From Candidatus Adlerbacteria bacterium RIFCSPHIGHO2_12_FULL_53_18 (GTDB lineage Bacteria; Patescibacteriota; Minisyncoccia; Phycocordibacterales; SBAW01): 60,495 nucleotides of DNA. The stretch covers positions 1-60,495 of the forward strand of contig MEWW01000016.1 of the NCBI GenBank assembly GCA_001775475.1. The letters run 5' to 3'. Shown in pieces: positions 29,764 to 39,575 of the stretch; position 1 is the first letter of the stretch, and each line of letters starts with the position of its first letter. Below the pieces are notes generated by a model. It had not been told where the DNA came from. It did not search any database and saw only the letters and a program-made list of their open reading frames with translations. The translations under genes and the position numbers were made by a program.

Positions 29764-31332
29764 TTACATCTTTTCGGGCGCAGGGATGCCGAGCGCCGAT
29801 AGGCCTTTTTGGAGCGTTTTTTCTACTGCTTGTGCGAGGAGTGTGCCGTACTTGGGAGCACTGCCACCAATAACGCGCTCGCTTGCGTACCAGCTGTTAA
29901 AAGCCGAGGCGAGTTCTGTGAGGTAAGTCGTAACGTAGTGCGGCTCGAGTTCCTTCGCGGCCCGTTCAACTACGTCAGGGTAGTGAAGGAGAAGCCGCTC
30001 AAGAGTGTTCGCGTTTGCCGGCGCGTCACTTTGATCAGCTTTGATACCTACTTTCTCCGCTTCACGCAGTAATGAAAGCGCCCGAGTGTGGGCATACTGC
30101 ACATACGGCCCCGAGTCCCCTTCAAGCGAAAGTGACTTTTCCGGATCAAAGATAATATCTTTGCCGCTTCCCTGTTTTAATACCGCATATTTAATTGCCC
30201 CAACAGCCACGTCTTGCCGGTCCCGCGCGGCTTTTTGTAAATCGTCAAGCAATGCCTCACCAGTAATTATATTTCCTTTACGCGAGGACATTTTACCGGT
30301 TGTGAGCTTTAAGAATCCGTGGAATCGTCCAAGCATTTTGCCTTCAAGATCAGGAAAAATCTTTTCCGCTGCAGCACGGACCACCTTAAAATAATCTTGT
30401 ATTTCATTTGCGGTTACAGTGAGCGAAATATCGAAATCTCCTTTCTGCTTTTTTGCTTCGACCAACCCAAGCTCTTTTGCTTCGTACGTTGGGAGGCCAA
30501 GCGAGTTTATAAACACGCGTGTGTGGAGACCGTATTGCTCGCCGCGAAACACAATTGCCCCCTCACTTTCTTCAAAAACTTCACTGTGCTCCTTAATAAG
30601 CTTTAATCCTATGGGGCCCGTTTCGCTCTCAAAAAAGTAGTGAGCGAATTTGGTGCCGAGCACAGCATAGATCTCTTCAAAATGTTCAAGCGATTGTGCG
30701 CGGCCCTCGTCGTACAACTTGTTAATTATCTCGTCGCTTTTCTCATAAATCTTCTTATTTATTGCATCAATTTTCTCCTTATTGGCCTCGTATTCGTTGT
30801 TGCCATATACATACGCGTCCCCCCATGAAAGCCCTGGTTTTTGCAGCTTAGCCCAAATGGCTTTCGCAACGTGTACGCCCACATCTCCTTGGTAGTTGGC
30901 GCGCACAACTTCTGCTCCTGACATATCAAGCACACGAGCTATGGCCTCGCCTATCGCGTTGCTCATGAGGTGGCCGATGTGGAACTCTTTAAACGGATTC
31001 GGGTCAGTATACTCGACCATTATCTTCTTGCCTTTGTACAAATCGTTTGTGCCCCACCTCTCTTCTCTGGCTGCGGCCTCAACCTCTTTTGCAATCGCTT
31101 CGCGCGAGAGGAAAAAATTTATGAACTTCCCCACTACTTCAACCTTTTCTACCCCATCTATTTTGAGTTTCTCCGCAAGCTCATTGGGGTCCACTTTGGC
31201 CACAAGCGCGGCATTCGTTGAGTAATCGCCATGCGCCATCGAGCGCGGCCGCTCTACTACAAAAGTGGCCCCTCCTGCCCCAAGTGCCTTCAGCGCGGCT
31301 TCTACCGCCGCTTCTATACTGCCTCTTACCAT
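29764..31332 (-). CDS. argS: Arginyl-tRNA synthetase
   Basis: HGDYSTNAAL, VEYTDPNPFKEFHIGH, KMSSRKG, EGDSGPYVQYAH; start at 31332 or 31338. Confidence 0.97.
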   Translation of the reverse strand: MVRGSIEAAVEAALKALGAGGATFVVERPRSMAHGDYSTNAALVAKVDPNELAEKLKIDGVEKVEVVGKFINFFLSREAIAKEVEAAAREERWGTNDLYKGKKIMVEYTDPNPFKEFHIGHLMSNAIGEAIARVLDMSGAEVVRANYQGDVGVHVAKAIWAKLQKPGLSWGDAYVYGNNEYEANKEKIDAINKKIYEKSDEIINKLYDEGRAQSLEHFEEIYAVLGTKFAHYFFESETGPIGLKLIKEHSEVFEESEGAIVFRGEQYGLHTRVFINSLGLPTYEAKELGLVEAKKQKGDFDISLTVTANEIQDYFKVVRAAAEKIFPDLEGKMLGRFHGFLKLTTGKMSSRKGNIITGEALLDDLQKAARDRQDVAVGAIKYAVLKQGSGKDIIFDPEKSLSLEGDSGPYVQYAHTRALSLLREAEKVGIKADQSDAPANANTLERLLLHYPDVVERAAKELEPHYVTTYLTELASAFNSWYASERVIGGSAPKYGTLLAQAVEKTLQKGLSALGIPAPEKM

Positions 31333-31362
31333 ACGCATTACAGTAGCACCTAGGGCGTTTTT

Positions 31363-31396
31363 AAAAAAGAATCAGCCGGTCCCCGTAGGGACCGGC
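31363..31396 (-). terminator. Terminator after the orphan ORF
   Basis: GCCGGTCCC-CGTA-GGGACCGGC with an A-run on the left side. Confidence 0.7.
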
Positions 31397-31428
31397 CGAG
31401 TGAACCATACGAACGAAGAATGAGTTGA

Positions 31429-31809
31429 TCAGGCCGGCAGGAGTTTGACGTACTCGAGCTTCGGGCATAGGCCCGCCAAGAAGCGACTCTGACGACCCTT
31501 CCACCTGAAGAACTCGTCCCTCAGCACGAACGACACCGGCACATTTTGTCGACGGTTTACATCGATCGAGGTGCGCTCCGCTGTCACAAAACGCACGCAG
31601 CCGTGGTCTAGCTCGATTGCAGATGACCTGCTGAGGTCCATGAGAATATCGAGATGTCTCGGCTTGTAATTCTTCGGGAATTTGACCTCGAGCCTTGAGC
31701 CGGGCTTTAGATGCGGAAGAATCTGGTTGATAGAATCGCCCTTGAAAATGAGCTCCGCTCCGGAGCCGGTCGCCTTATCGTCAACCGCAACCGCACTTTG
31801 AATCTGCAT
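31429..31809 (-). CDS. Hypothetical protein (orphan)
   Basis: 126-aa ORF with GGAGG 8 nt upstream and its own terminator. Confidence 0.6.
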   Translation of the reverse strand: MQIQSAVAVDDKATGSGAELIFKGDSINQILPHLKPGSRLEVKFPKNYKPRHLDILMDLSRSSAIELDHGCVRFVTAERTSIDVNRRQNVPVSFVLRDEFFRWKGRQSRFLAGLCPKLEYVKLLPA

Positions 31810-31937
31810 TGAGACTTCCTCCCAAATATGTCCCCGCAGGGGCGTTGAAACCAGGCAACTAGAGTAGCACGTAACTTCTACTTTAGCAATATACTCCTTA
31901 CCGCGTGGAGGCAGGGTGAATTAAAAACTCTCCTTAT

Positions 31938-33059
31938 TTAGAGCCTTGTTTGAGCAAGCTCGGGCGGTGTCGTGCTCTCGACTACGGTAACCGTCGTGCG
32001 TCCTATAAGCGCGCCGTTTTGTGTCTCTACGTTGCAGCGCCAACGACCGGGCGTGACTGTGAAGTTGGTAAATCCGCGGAAGCCACCGTCGCGCCCGCCG
32101 CTTATCGCAAACGAGATGCGGGATACCTGCACCCATTTATTCTTGTCTTCGTCATACTTTTCCCATCGGTGGAAAATCGGGGCCGTAAGTTTGGCAGGAG
32201 CGAATACTGAAGAAAAACATACCGCAGCCGACGAGGCATGGAGCGTATAGGTAGAGTTTGTGGCACGCCAAAAAACAAACCACGGCGGCTCTTCGTAGGT
32301 TGCGGAGTAGATGCTTGCCGCCCCGCCCGCAGGGCTCGCCAGCCGCTCTATCGAGTGGTACATGCCGATATTTTTAAGCGAGAGCGGCACGGGAGGAATG
32401 ATGTTAAGGAAGTAGAGCCCGTTAAAAAACAAGAAGACAAGCCCCACCAAGACGGAGACTTCGTAAAACTGCTTCTCCCGCTGTCTGCCGCGCAACACCA
32501 GCCAGTACACAGCGCCTAGGAATAATCCTATAGTCACAAGACTTACTGCCCCGCTCGCCAAAAACACCCAGGTGTCGACAGAGTGGAAAAGAAAAGTCGG
32601 CAGCGCAACCAAGAGATACGTTAGGAGCAGCGTATAGTATGTAACGATGTTGAAGCGCAACTGAGCGTACCGGTTGCGCAGGAACTCGTTGCCAATAACC
32701 ATCCCGAGCAGAAGAAGGAAAAAGAGGGTTGATGCTGCAAAGGTGCCGCTGCGGCCATAGAGCACCAGAAGGTTCGACGCCAGGCCGCCAAAGCAGAACT
32801 GCAGCACGAACAGCAAAAATAGCGGCTGGTAGCCGGTTTCGACATCCCATCTACGGGCAGATTTGATGTTGAGCACAATTATGAGCCCACCGGCCATGAC
32901 CAGGTACGAGAGGAGGATGAGATTGTTGATAGGGCTGTCGGGCCGGTCGGCGATGATGAGGTCGAAGACAAAGCCGGTAGCAAGCCCCAGCACGCGCAAG
33001 TGCTGTTCGTAACGCCACCACAATTCAACTGGTTTTTTAACCAAAGAGCGCACGCCCAT
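31938..33059 (-). CDS. Multi-TM protein with C-terminal DUF2914-like domain
   Basis: IIPPVPLSLK, FSSVFAP, ISGGRDGGFRGFT, GRWRCNVET. Confidence 0.8.
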   Translation of the reverse strand: MGVRSLVKKPVELWWRYEQHLRVLGLATGFVFDLIIADRPDSPINNLILLSYLVMAGGLIIVLNIKSARRWDVETGYQPLFLLFVLQFCFGGLASNLLVLYGRSGTFAASTLFFLLLLGMVIGNEFLRNRYAQLRFNIVTYYTLLLTYLLVALPTFLFHSVDTWVFLASGAVSLVTIGLFLGAVYWLVLRGRQREKQFYEVSVLVGLVFLFFNGLYFLNIIPPVPLSLKNIGMYHSIERLASPAGGAASIYSATYEEPPWFVFWRATNSTYTLHASSAAVCFSSVFAPAKLTAPIFHRWEKYDEDKNKWVQVSRISFAISGGRDGGFRGFTNFTVTPGRWRCNVETQNGALIGRTTVTVVESTTPPELAQTRL

Positions 33060-33071
33060 ACCACTACTTTA

Positions 33072-34415
33072 CTACACGAATGAGTCGGGGATCGGAAACT
33101 TCTTGCATAGCTGACGCACCTCCGCGTGAATTTTCTTGAGGGCCGGATTAGCGTGCGCGTGTTTTTTAACGCTAGCCAGATACGCTTTGCGCTCCCCTTT
33201 TTCTGTAGGCAATTGTTCGTCCTCCACTACCGCCATAGCGCGAACAATAGCGTGAGCAATAATCTTCATTTCCGGCTCTTTCATTCTACGTGTCGTTACA
33301 GAAGGCGTACCGAGGCGCACACCGCTAGGATAAAACGGCGAGGAGGGTTCGTTGGGAATGGTGTTTTTGTTCGCCGTAAGCCCAATAGCGTCGAGTGCAA
33401 TTTCAACAATTGCACCCCGCCCTACCCCGCACTTCATAAGCAACATGTGATTATCGGTGCCTCCACTCACAAGTTCAACACCTTCTGCCATAAGATCTTT
33501 TGCAAGCGCTTTGGCATTTCTTACTATTTGCTTGCCATAGGTACGAAATTTCGGAGTTGCCGCTTCTTTAAGCGCGACCGCGATCCCGGCGGTCGTATGG
33601 TCGTGCGGCCCACCCTGCAGGTTGGGAAAAATGGCGCGATCTACTTTTTGCCCAAGTTCTGGGTCCTTCGCAAGGCCTTTTTTGGTCACCATGATCATGC
33701 CGCCACGCGGGCCGCGCAGTGTTTTGTGCGTGGTAGTCGTTACAATGTGTGCGTACGGCACGGGGCTTGCGTGTGCCCCGGCAACTACAAGCCCTGCAAT
33801 ATGTGCAATGTCCGCAGCCAAGTAGGCACCGACGCTGTCGGCAATTTTAGCTAGTTCTTTAAATGGAAACTCGCGCACATAGGCGGTCGCTCCGACCCAG
33901 ATAAGTTTAGGTTTATGTTTTTTAGCGAGCCGTTCAATTTCTTTGATGTCGAGGTATCCGTCTGGCTTTACGCCGTACTGCACTGCCTTGTAGAACATTG
34001 CAGTTGCGCTCGCCTTCCAGCCGTGGGTCAAGTGGCCGCCGGCGGTTAGGAGCTGGCCCATGACAGTGTCACCGGGGTTGCAGGTTGCCAAGTACACAGC
34101 GAAGTTTGCCGGGGAGCCTGAATAAGGTTGAACGTTTACGTACGGGACTTTAAAGAGTTTTTTCGCGCGCTCGCGGGCCAAGATCTCTACTTGGTCAATA
34201 ACTTCGTTACCGCCATAGTAGCGGGCATGCGGATACCCTTCGGAGTATTTGTTCGTTAGGCATGAACCGACAGCCTCCCGTACTGCTTGAGAGACGATAT
34301 TTTCAGACGGTATAAGCTCAAGCCCTTCTGCCTGCCGTTTTTCTTCTGCGAGCAGCAGCTTATATGTTTCTTTGTCCTGTTTTTGTATATGGGTATAGAG
34401 ATTCATAGCTTGCAT
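33072..34415 (-). CDS. glyA: Serine hydroxymethyltransferase
   Basis: LELIPSEN, TNKYSEGYP, TTTTHKTLRGPRGG. Confidence 0.98.
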   Translation of the reverse strand: MQAMNLYTHIQKQDKETYKLLLAEEKRQAEGLELIPSENIVSQAVREAVGSCLTNKYSEGYPHARYYGGNEVIDQVEILARERAKKLFKVPYVNVQPYSGSPANFAVYLATCNPGDTVMGQLLTAGGHLTHGWKASATAMFYKAVQYGVKPDGYLDIKEIERLAKKHKPKLIWVGATAYVREFPFKELAKIADSVGAYLAADIAHIAGLVVAGAHASPVPYAHIVTTTTHKTLRGPRGGMIMVTKKGLAKDPELGQKVDRAIFPNLQGGPHDHTTAGIAVALKEAATPKFRTYGKQIVRNAKALAKDLMAEGVELVSGGTDNHMLLMKCGVGRGAIVEIALDAIGLTANKNTIPNEPSSPFYPSGVRLGTPSVTTRRMKEPEMKIIAHAIVRAMAVVEDEQLPTEKGERKAYLASVKKHAHANPALKKIHAEVRQLCKKFPIPDSFV

Positions 34416-34460
34416 CCATTAGCTGATAGTGCGGTTATGTGAATCCCTAGATCATACGAG

Positions 34461-35078
34461 TTATATCACCGATTGTACTGCAGTCTTTACGTCTCTCCAA
34501 ACCTCATCCACCGAGCGGCTAGCGTCTATAACGCGAGACTGCGGGAGGTCTTTTGCAAGTTTTAAAAATGCCTGTCTGATACGCTCGTGCGACTCCCGCG
34601 GCATGCTCTCCATGGTGTCGAATAGCTTGCCCATCTTAACCATGCGCCCGTGCCCCACCTCGTAAGGCACGTCGAGGATGATGACGAGATCAGTCGGACA
34701 CCCATCAAATACTTTCTTCAGCACCTCAACCACTATCGGCTCCCAGTCAAACTGCGCGCGCCCGTGTATCTGATAGGCCAGAAACGAAATCCACGAGCGG
34801 TTGGAGATAACGTTTTTTCCTGCGGTAAGTGAAGGTTTAATCAGCTCTTCGACATGCTGAGCGCGGTCGGCGAGAAACAAGAGGAGCTCCGTGGGTAGTT
34901 TGATGTCGCCGTGAGAGTTGTGGAGGAGCATGTTGCGAAGCGTTTTCCCGAGCTCGGTGCCTCCCGGCTCGCGCGTGTAGACAAAATTTTGGTCGCCAAA
35001 CTCCGCTCGCAAGCGGTCTATATGGGTGTCCTTCCCTGCCCCTTCACCTCCTTCAATAACAATATATTTGCCTTTCAT
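34461..35078 (-). CDS. tmk: Thymidylate kinase
   Basis: IVIEGGEGAGKDT, TREPGGT, ELLLFLADRAQH. Confidence 0.95.
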   Translation of the reverse strand: MKGKYIVIEGGEGAGKDTHIDRLRAEFGDQNFVYTREPGGTELGKTLRNMLLHNSHGDIKLPTELLLFLADRAQHVEELIKPSLTAGKNVISNRSWISFLAYQIHGRAQFDWEPIVVEVLKKVFDGCPTDLVIILDVPYEVGHGRMVKMGKLFDTMESMPRESHERIRQAFLKLAKDLPQSRVIDASRSVDEVWRDVKTAVQSVI

Positions 35079-35088
35079 CAAAAGTAAG

Positions 35089-35532
35089 TTACCTAAAGCT
35101 GGTATAGTGCATCCCCTGGTCAAGTCTTTCAAGTACTGGCCGAATGTAGTTAATAGTATTATCAGGTAAATTGTTTAGCGGAAACCACGAAAGATCCCCG
35201 CAACGATCAGGCTCCATATTTTTTGGCTCACCCTTCCACTTCTCCGTTACAAAAAAGATGCAGAAGTATTCGTAGTTGCCTGAGAGGTTATGCACGACGT
35301 GCACGGGAGTAAGATCTTGTGCGCTTACTTTAACTCCGGCTTCTTCCATTGCTTCTCGTACTATTGCCTCTTCAGCTGTTTCTTTACCATCTAAATGACC
35401 TGAGACTAGACCGTAATTTCCTTCCTCGTGCGACGTATTAATCCGCTTATGCAGCAAGACTTTACCCTCTTTCCGCATAACTAAAAAAGCTGCTGCGCGG
35501 AAGAGGGGGCGGTTTTCAAATTCTTGGTTCAT
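35089..35532 (-). CDS. NUDIX hydrolase
   Basis: Nudix box GHLDGKETAEEAIVREAMEEAG. Confidence 0.93.
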   Translation of the reverse strand: MNQEFENRPLFRAAAFLVMRKEGKVLLHKRINTSHEEGNYGLVSGHLDGKETAEEAIVREAMEEAGVKVSAQDLTPVHVVHNLSGNYEYFCIFFVTEKWKGEPKNMEPDRCGDLSWFPLNNLPDNTINYIRPVLERLDQGMHYTSFR

Positions 35533-36476
35533 CCGTGGATTTTCTTGTTGTAGCCTCCCGAAACAGTAAGTTCAGCCTTAATCGGTGGGTGTGCATCATA
35601 GTTTTCAAGTTTTACCTGCTCGGGCGTAAATGCGTCGAGTGACGGTACAGCATCCTCAATACGGAGGGTTGGAAAAGGTTTCGGCTCGCGTGAAAGCTGC
35701 TCTTTAATCTGTTCGCGATGGTTCTCATACATATGATAGTCACCAAAGGTATGTACGAACTCCCCCGGCTCGCGGCCGAGTATTTTTGCCAGCACGACGG
35801 TGAGGAGTGCGTAGCTTGCGATGTTAAACGGTACCCCAAGGAAAATGTCGGCACTACGCTGGTAGAGCTGCAGGCACACCTTGCCCTGTTTAATATTTAC
35901 TTGATAGAGGTTATGGCAGATAGGAAATCGAGCCCCCTCTCCTGGCTTCGCCATTGAATAAAGGTACTGAGGGTCCCAGGAGGTAACGAGCGTATTGTGT
36001 GCATCGGGGTCTTTGCGAAGTTCGTCTACTACCCACCCCAACTGATCGACCGAACGACCGTCTTTTGCCGGCCAGCGACGCCAGAGTTCACCGTAAATAT
36101 GCGGAAGTTCGCCGTGCTGAGTAGCAAACCCGCTGTCATTTTTTATTTTTTCGACAAATTCTTCTTTAGAAAGACTTGTACCAAATTTTTCTTTGTAAAT
36201 CTTATAGGGATAGTCATCCCAAATATGTACATTCTTATCAACCAAGTATTTAATATTGCTTTGGCCGGAGAGAAACCAGTAGAGCTCGTGCAACACACCA
36301 CTCCAGTACACTTTTTTAGTGGTGAGCATCGGAAATCCCTGTGAGAGGTCGAAGCGTATCTGCGCGCCAAAACAGCTGTAGGTCTTTACCCCCGTTCCCT
36401 TATCAACCTGCTCCTCGCCTTCTTCCAAGGTCTTGCGAAGCAACTCTAGATACTGATACTCGGGATACTTGTTCAT
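35529..36476 (-). CDS. thyA: Thymidylate synthase
   Basis: GFPMLTTKK, PICH, LYQRSADIFLGVPFNIASY. Confidence 0.97.
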   Translation of the reverse strand: MNKYPEYQYLELLRKTLEEGEEQVDKGTGVKTYSCFGAQIRFDLSQGFPMLTTKKVYWSGVLHELYWFLSGQSNIKYLVDKNVHIWDDYPYKIYKEKFGTSLSKEEFVEKIKNDSGFATQHGELPHIYGELWRRWPAKDGRSVDQLGWVVDELRKDPDAHNTLVTSWDPQYLYSMAKPGEGARFPICHNLYQVNIKQGKVCLQLYQRSADIFLGVPFNIASYALLTVVLAKILGREPGEFVHTFGDYHMYENHREQIKEQLSREPKPFPTLRIEDAVPSLDAFTPEQVKLENYDAHPPIKAELTVSGGYNKKIHG

Positions 36477-37024
36477 TTTTTTCTTTTCTTGGCGGCCACA
36501 TAGCCCTTGATGTTGTTTTTGGAGTATCGGCCCACTTCTTTATAGTTTTGTTTCGGAGGCGAGGAGAGCGGCGAGAAGGTGAGCTGTGCTATAGCCATTC
36601 CCGGATGGAGAATAATCGGCACGTTGTTGAGGTTGCAAAGCTCAAGCGCGATGTTGAGAAAGTGTCCTGGATTCACCAAAGCGGCAGAATTGTGCACCAA
36701 AAGGCCAATACGGGCAAGGCTGCTTTTGCCATTGACCTCAATGAGGTAGTTGTCTGAGCCAAAAAAGTCGCGCGAGTAGCCCAAAATCGAGATCCCCGGG
36801 TGGAGTACAAAGACATCACTATTTTTGAGTGTTATTTCAATCATCTTTGGATAAATTTTCTTTACTGGGTCGATAAAGCTCGAGGAGTGCGCATCGGTTA
36901 CAAAAAACGTGTTGCCGAGCAAAATGTCGTAGCTTGCTGGCTGCAAGCGCGACTCGTCGAAGGGCTTAAGGGTAATCGCTCCCGCCTTAACTGCTTTTTT
37001 AATATCAACGTCTGAAAGCATCAT
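36473..37024 (-). CDS. dcd: dCTP deaminase
   Basis: MLSDVDIK, LQPASYDILL, GKSSLARIGL, PGMAIAQL. Confidence 0.93.
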   Translation of the reverse strand: MMLSDVDIKKAVKAGAITLKPFDESRLQPASYDILLGNTFFVTDAHSSSFIDPVKKIYPKMIEITLKNSDVFVLHPGISILGYSRDFFGSDNYLIEVNGKSSLARIGLLVHNSAALVNPGHFLNIALELCNLNNVPIILHPGMAIAQLTFSPLSSPPKQNYKEVGRYSKNNIKGYVAAKKRKK

Positions 37025-37030
37025 AAAAAA

Positions 37031-37708
37031 TTATTCGACAGTAAATATCTTTTCAGTCCCGTAATACTCCGGCCAGTGCGCATTGTAGAACGCAAACATC
37101 CGCTCAAGCCGCTCCTGCGGCAGCTCCACAACCGCGCACGCCTGCATCAATTGTATAACTTCGGCCCGTGCAGAATCTACTTCCCCGGCACTCGGCACCA
37201 CCTTTTCAAACTCGGCAAGCCAGCCATAGCCCGCGTTCTTGTCGAGGCACACTGTTGTACCTTTACACATATATTCCTCCCGCTCGCGCGACCACTTGGC
37301 CTGGTAGCGAAAACCGGCCCGGAGAAGCAGGCGATCAAGTTGTTCGAGCGTTAAGTCCACCCGCTCTTCAAATTCCATTCGCGCAACCCCGTTGGCGCTT
37401 GTGTCGTCGCCCACCGATGCTTTAACTACTAGATATACGGCGCCATCTTTATTGCGGGTGCGGACGGAAATCTCCGTAACGCGAGTGATGAGATCGCTCA
37501 ATTTCTTCAGTACCTTGAAAGGGAGGTGGCCCTCCATCGTTTTAACCAAGGCGGCCATGGCGCCGCCCGTAAAATAGTGATTGAGCTGCTTATTGCGCGA
37601 AATAAGTTTGGAGGCTGGGTCAACTTCCTGCATCTTTTTGCGTAGTGCATCCGCCTTTTCTTCGCTCCCCAAAAGCGACTTTATTTCAACCTCGTAGTTC
37701 TGCATCAA
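37031..37708 (-). CDS. CYTH (triphosphate tunnel metalloenzyme)-like protein
   Basis: N-terminal YEVEIK (ExExK), SVRTR, VCLDKNAGYGWLAEFE. Confidence 0.8.
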   Translation of the reverse strand: MMQNYEVEIKSLLGSEEKADALRKKMQEVDPASKLISRNKQLNHYFTGGAMAALVKTMEGHLPFKVLKKLSDLITRVTEISVRTRNKDGAVYLVVKASVGDDTSANGVARMEFEERVDLTLEQLDRLLLRAGFRYQAKWSREREEYMCKGTTVCLDKNAGYGWLAEFEKVVPSAGEVDSARAEVIQLMQACAVVELPQERLERMFAFYNAHWPEYYGTEKIFTVE

Positions 37709-37780
37709 CCTATCCTACCCTCTCCGTCATAGAGAAAAAGTGGATAATCGGTGGATAGCGCACCATGATATAGTCGAGTC

Positions 37781-38299
37781 GTGGAGTCAAAAAAAACCAT
37801 TCGACAAGCTCAGGATAAACCTCGCATAAGCATCATCGTTTCTATAGGAAAAAACCTTGTCATTGGGCGCCAAGACAAGCTTATGTGGCCTATTCCGGAG
37901 GACTTAAAGCGAGTGAAGAGATTGACTATGGGGCATCCGATCATTATGGGCAGAAAAACACATAAATCTATCGGCAGGCCGCTTCCCGGCCGCACCAACA
38001 TCGTCATAACTCGCGACAGCGGCTACAAGGCCGAGGAGTGCATCGTAGTACACTCGCTCCAAGAGGCAATTGAAAAAGCACAGGAGGTCGAAAAAGAAGA
38101 GGTGTTCATCTTTGGCGGCGCACAGATTTATGAGCAAGCACTTCCTCTAGCCGACCGTCTTTATCTCACGCTCATTGATGATGAAAAGCCGGGCGACGCT
38201 TACTTTCCCCCATACGAACACCTCTTTACGAAAAAGCTCGCCGAGGAGAGCGGTGAGCATAACGGCCTAAAATATAAGTGGGTTAATTTGGAGCGCTGA
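37781..38299 (+). CDS. folA: Dihydrofolate reductase
   Basis: LMWPIPEDLK, IIMGRKT, GRPLPGRTNIV, IFGGAQIY, GDAYFP. Confidence 0.97.
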   Translation: MESKKTIRQAQDKPRISIIVSIGKNLVIGRQDKLMWPIPEDLKRVKRLTMGHPIIMGRKTHKSIGRPLPGRTNIVITRDSGYKAEECIVVHSLQEAIEKAQEVEKEEVFIFGGAQIYEQALPLADRLYLTLIDDEKPGDAYFPPYEHLFTKKLAEESGEHNGLKYKWVNLER

Positions 38300-38722
38300 T
38301 TACTTTATGTCCACCCCCATCGAGCGGGCAGAGCCTGCAACGACTTTCATTGCCTGGTCTATATCGGTGGTGTTGAGGTCTGGCATCTTGCGCTCGGCAA
38401 TTTGCTTTACCTGCGCCTTCGAGAGCACGCCCACTTTTGCCGTGTTTGGGCGGCCAGAACCCTTTTCTTTCCCCAGAGCTTTCAATATGAGGCTCGAGAC
38501 CGGAGGGGTTTTAAGAACAAAGTCGTATGAGCGGTCTTCGTAGACCGAAATAATCGCAGGGACCATGTCGCCTTTCATCTCTTTAGACGCTTCGTTAAAC
38601 TTTTTAACAAACTCGCCGATGTTGATACCGGCAGGGCCCAAAACCTGGCCCATTGCAGGGGTCAAGGTCGCGGCGCCGCCGTTTGCAACAATCTTTATCT
38701 TTTTGACTACCTTCTTTGCCAT
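38300..38722 (-). CDS. rplK: 50S ribosomal protein L11
   Basis: GINIGEFVKKFN, VYEDRSYDFVLKTPP, GSARSMG. Confidence 0.98.
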   Translation of the reverse strand: MAKKVVKKIKIVANGGAATLTPAMGQVLGPAGINIGEFVKKFNEASKEMKGDMVPAIISVYEDRSYDFVLKTPPVSSLILKALGKEKGSGRPNTAKVGVLSKAQVKQIAERKMPDLNTTDIDQAMKVVAGSARSMGVDIK

Positions 38723-38740
38723 AAGCCTGGAGATATTACC

Positions 38741-39292
38741 CTATATTCTCTTTACCTGCAAAAAGTCCAACTCTACTGGCGTCTCGCGGCCAAACATGGC
38801 AACCAGGACCTTTACCTTGCCGCGAGCCTCGTCTACCTCGCCCACCTTGCCGTCGAGCTCCTTAAACGGCCCATCGACGATAGTGACGGAGTCGCCGATT
38901 GAGAGATCAATAGCGTGGCGGATAGAGCCTTCTGCCGCCTGCATGCGGCCCAGGAGTTCGTCCACCTCGTGCTGCTGCAGAGGCACCGGGTTTACGCCCG
39001 AGCCCACAAAGCCCGTGACACGCGGCGTGTTGCGCACCACATACCACGACTGATCGTCGACGATCATGTCCACAAGCACGTAGCCCGGGTAGACCTTCTC
39101 TTCCTCCTCAACGCGGCGACCGCCTTTAATTTTTACCGTGCGCTCGGTCGGGACAATTACTTGAAAAATCTTGTCAGACAGGCCGAGGGACTCTATACGC
39201 TGCCGGAGATTCCTAGCAACCGCATTTTCATACCCCGCATAGGTGTGTATCGCATACCATGCCCTGCCTACAGAAGTGTCTTGTTTTGCCAT
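38741..39292 (-). CDS. nusG: Transcription factor NusG
   Basis: WYAIHTYAGYE, YPGYVLV, VRNTPRVTGFVG, MFGRETPVEL. Confidence 0.98.
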   Translation of the reverse strand: MAKQDTSVGRAWYAIHTYAGYENAVARNLRQRIESLGLSDKIFQVIVPTERTVKIKGGRRVEEEEKVYPGYVLVDMIVDDQSWYVVRNTPRVTGFVGSGVNPVPLQQHEVDELLGRMQAAEGSIRHAIDLSIGDSVTIVDGPFKELDGKVGEVDEARGKVKVLVAMFGRETPVELDFLQVKRI

Positions 39293-39303
39293 ACGATTTG
39301 AGG

Positions 39304-39474
39304 TTAGACGATACGGAAGATAAAGGTAGAGAAGAGGTAGTCGAAGAGCCCCAAGTACACCGCCGCCGCAAGCGAGATAGCGATAACGACCGCAGTCGAG
39401 ATAATCGTTTGACGCCTGGTCGGCCACGAGACGTGTCTCATTTCAGCGCGAACTTCTCTCAAATATTGAATCAT
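39304..39474 (-). CDS. secE: Preprotein translocase SecE (absent from the ORF track)
   Basis: Manual translation MIQYLREVRAEMRHVSWPTRRQTIISTAVVIAISLAAAVYLGLFDYLFSTFIFRIV; upstream of nusG. Confidence 0.95.
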   Translation of the reverse strand: MIQYLREVRAEMRHVSWPTRRQTIISTAVVIAISLAAAVYLGLFDYLFSTFIFRIV

Positions 39475-39575
39475 AGTAGCTTGTTAATTTATCCCTATGC
39501 GGTTAGTTTTCCTAAGAAAAAACCCCCTCGGACGGGGCTTCTTCTTATAATACCCTATTGGGGCTTATCGTCAAG

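Noticed and set aside
37736..37760. DnaA-box-like sequences (GTGGATAA/GTGGATAG; others near 1823, 9035, 9963)
   Set aside because: Too few and too scattered for an origin; no dnaA or unwinding element nearby.
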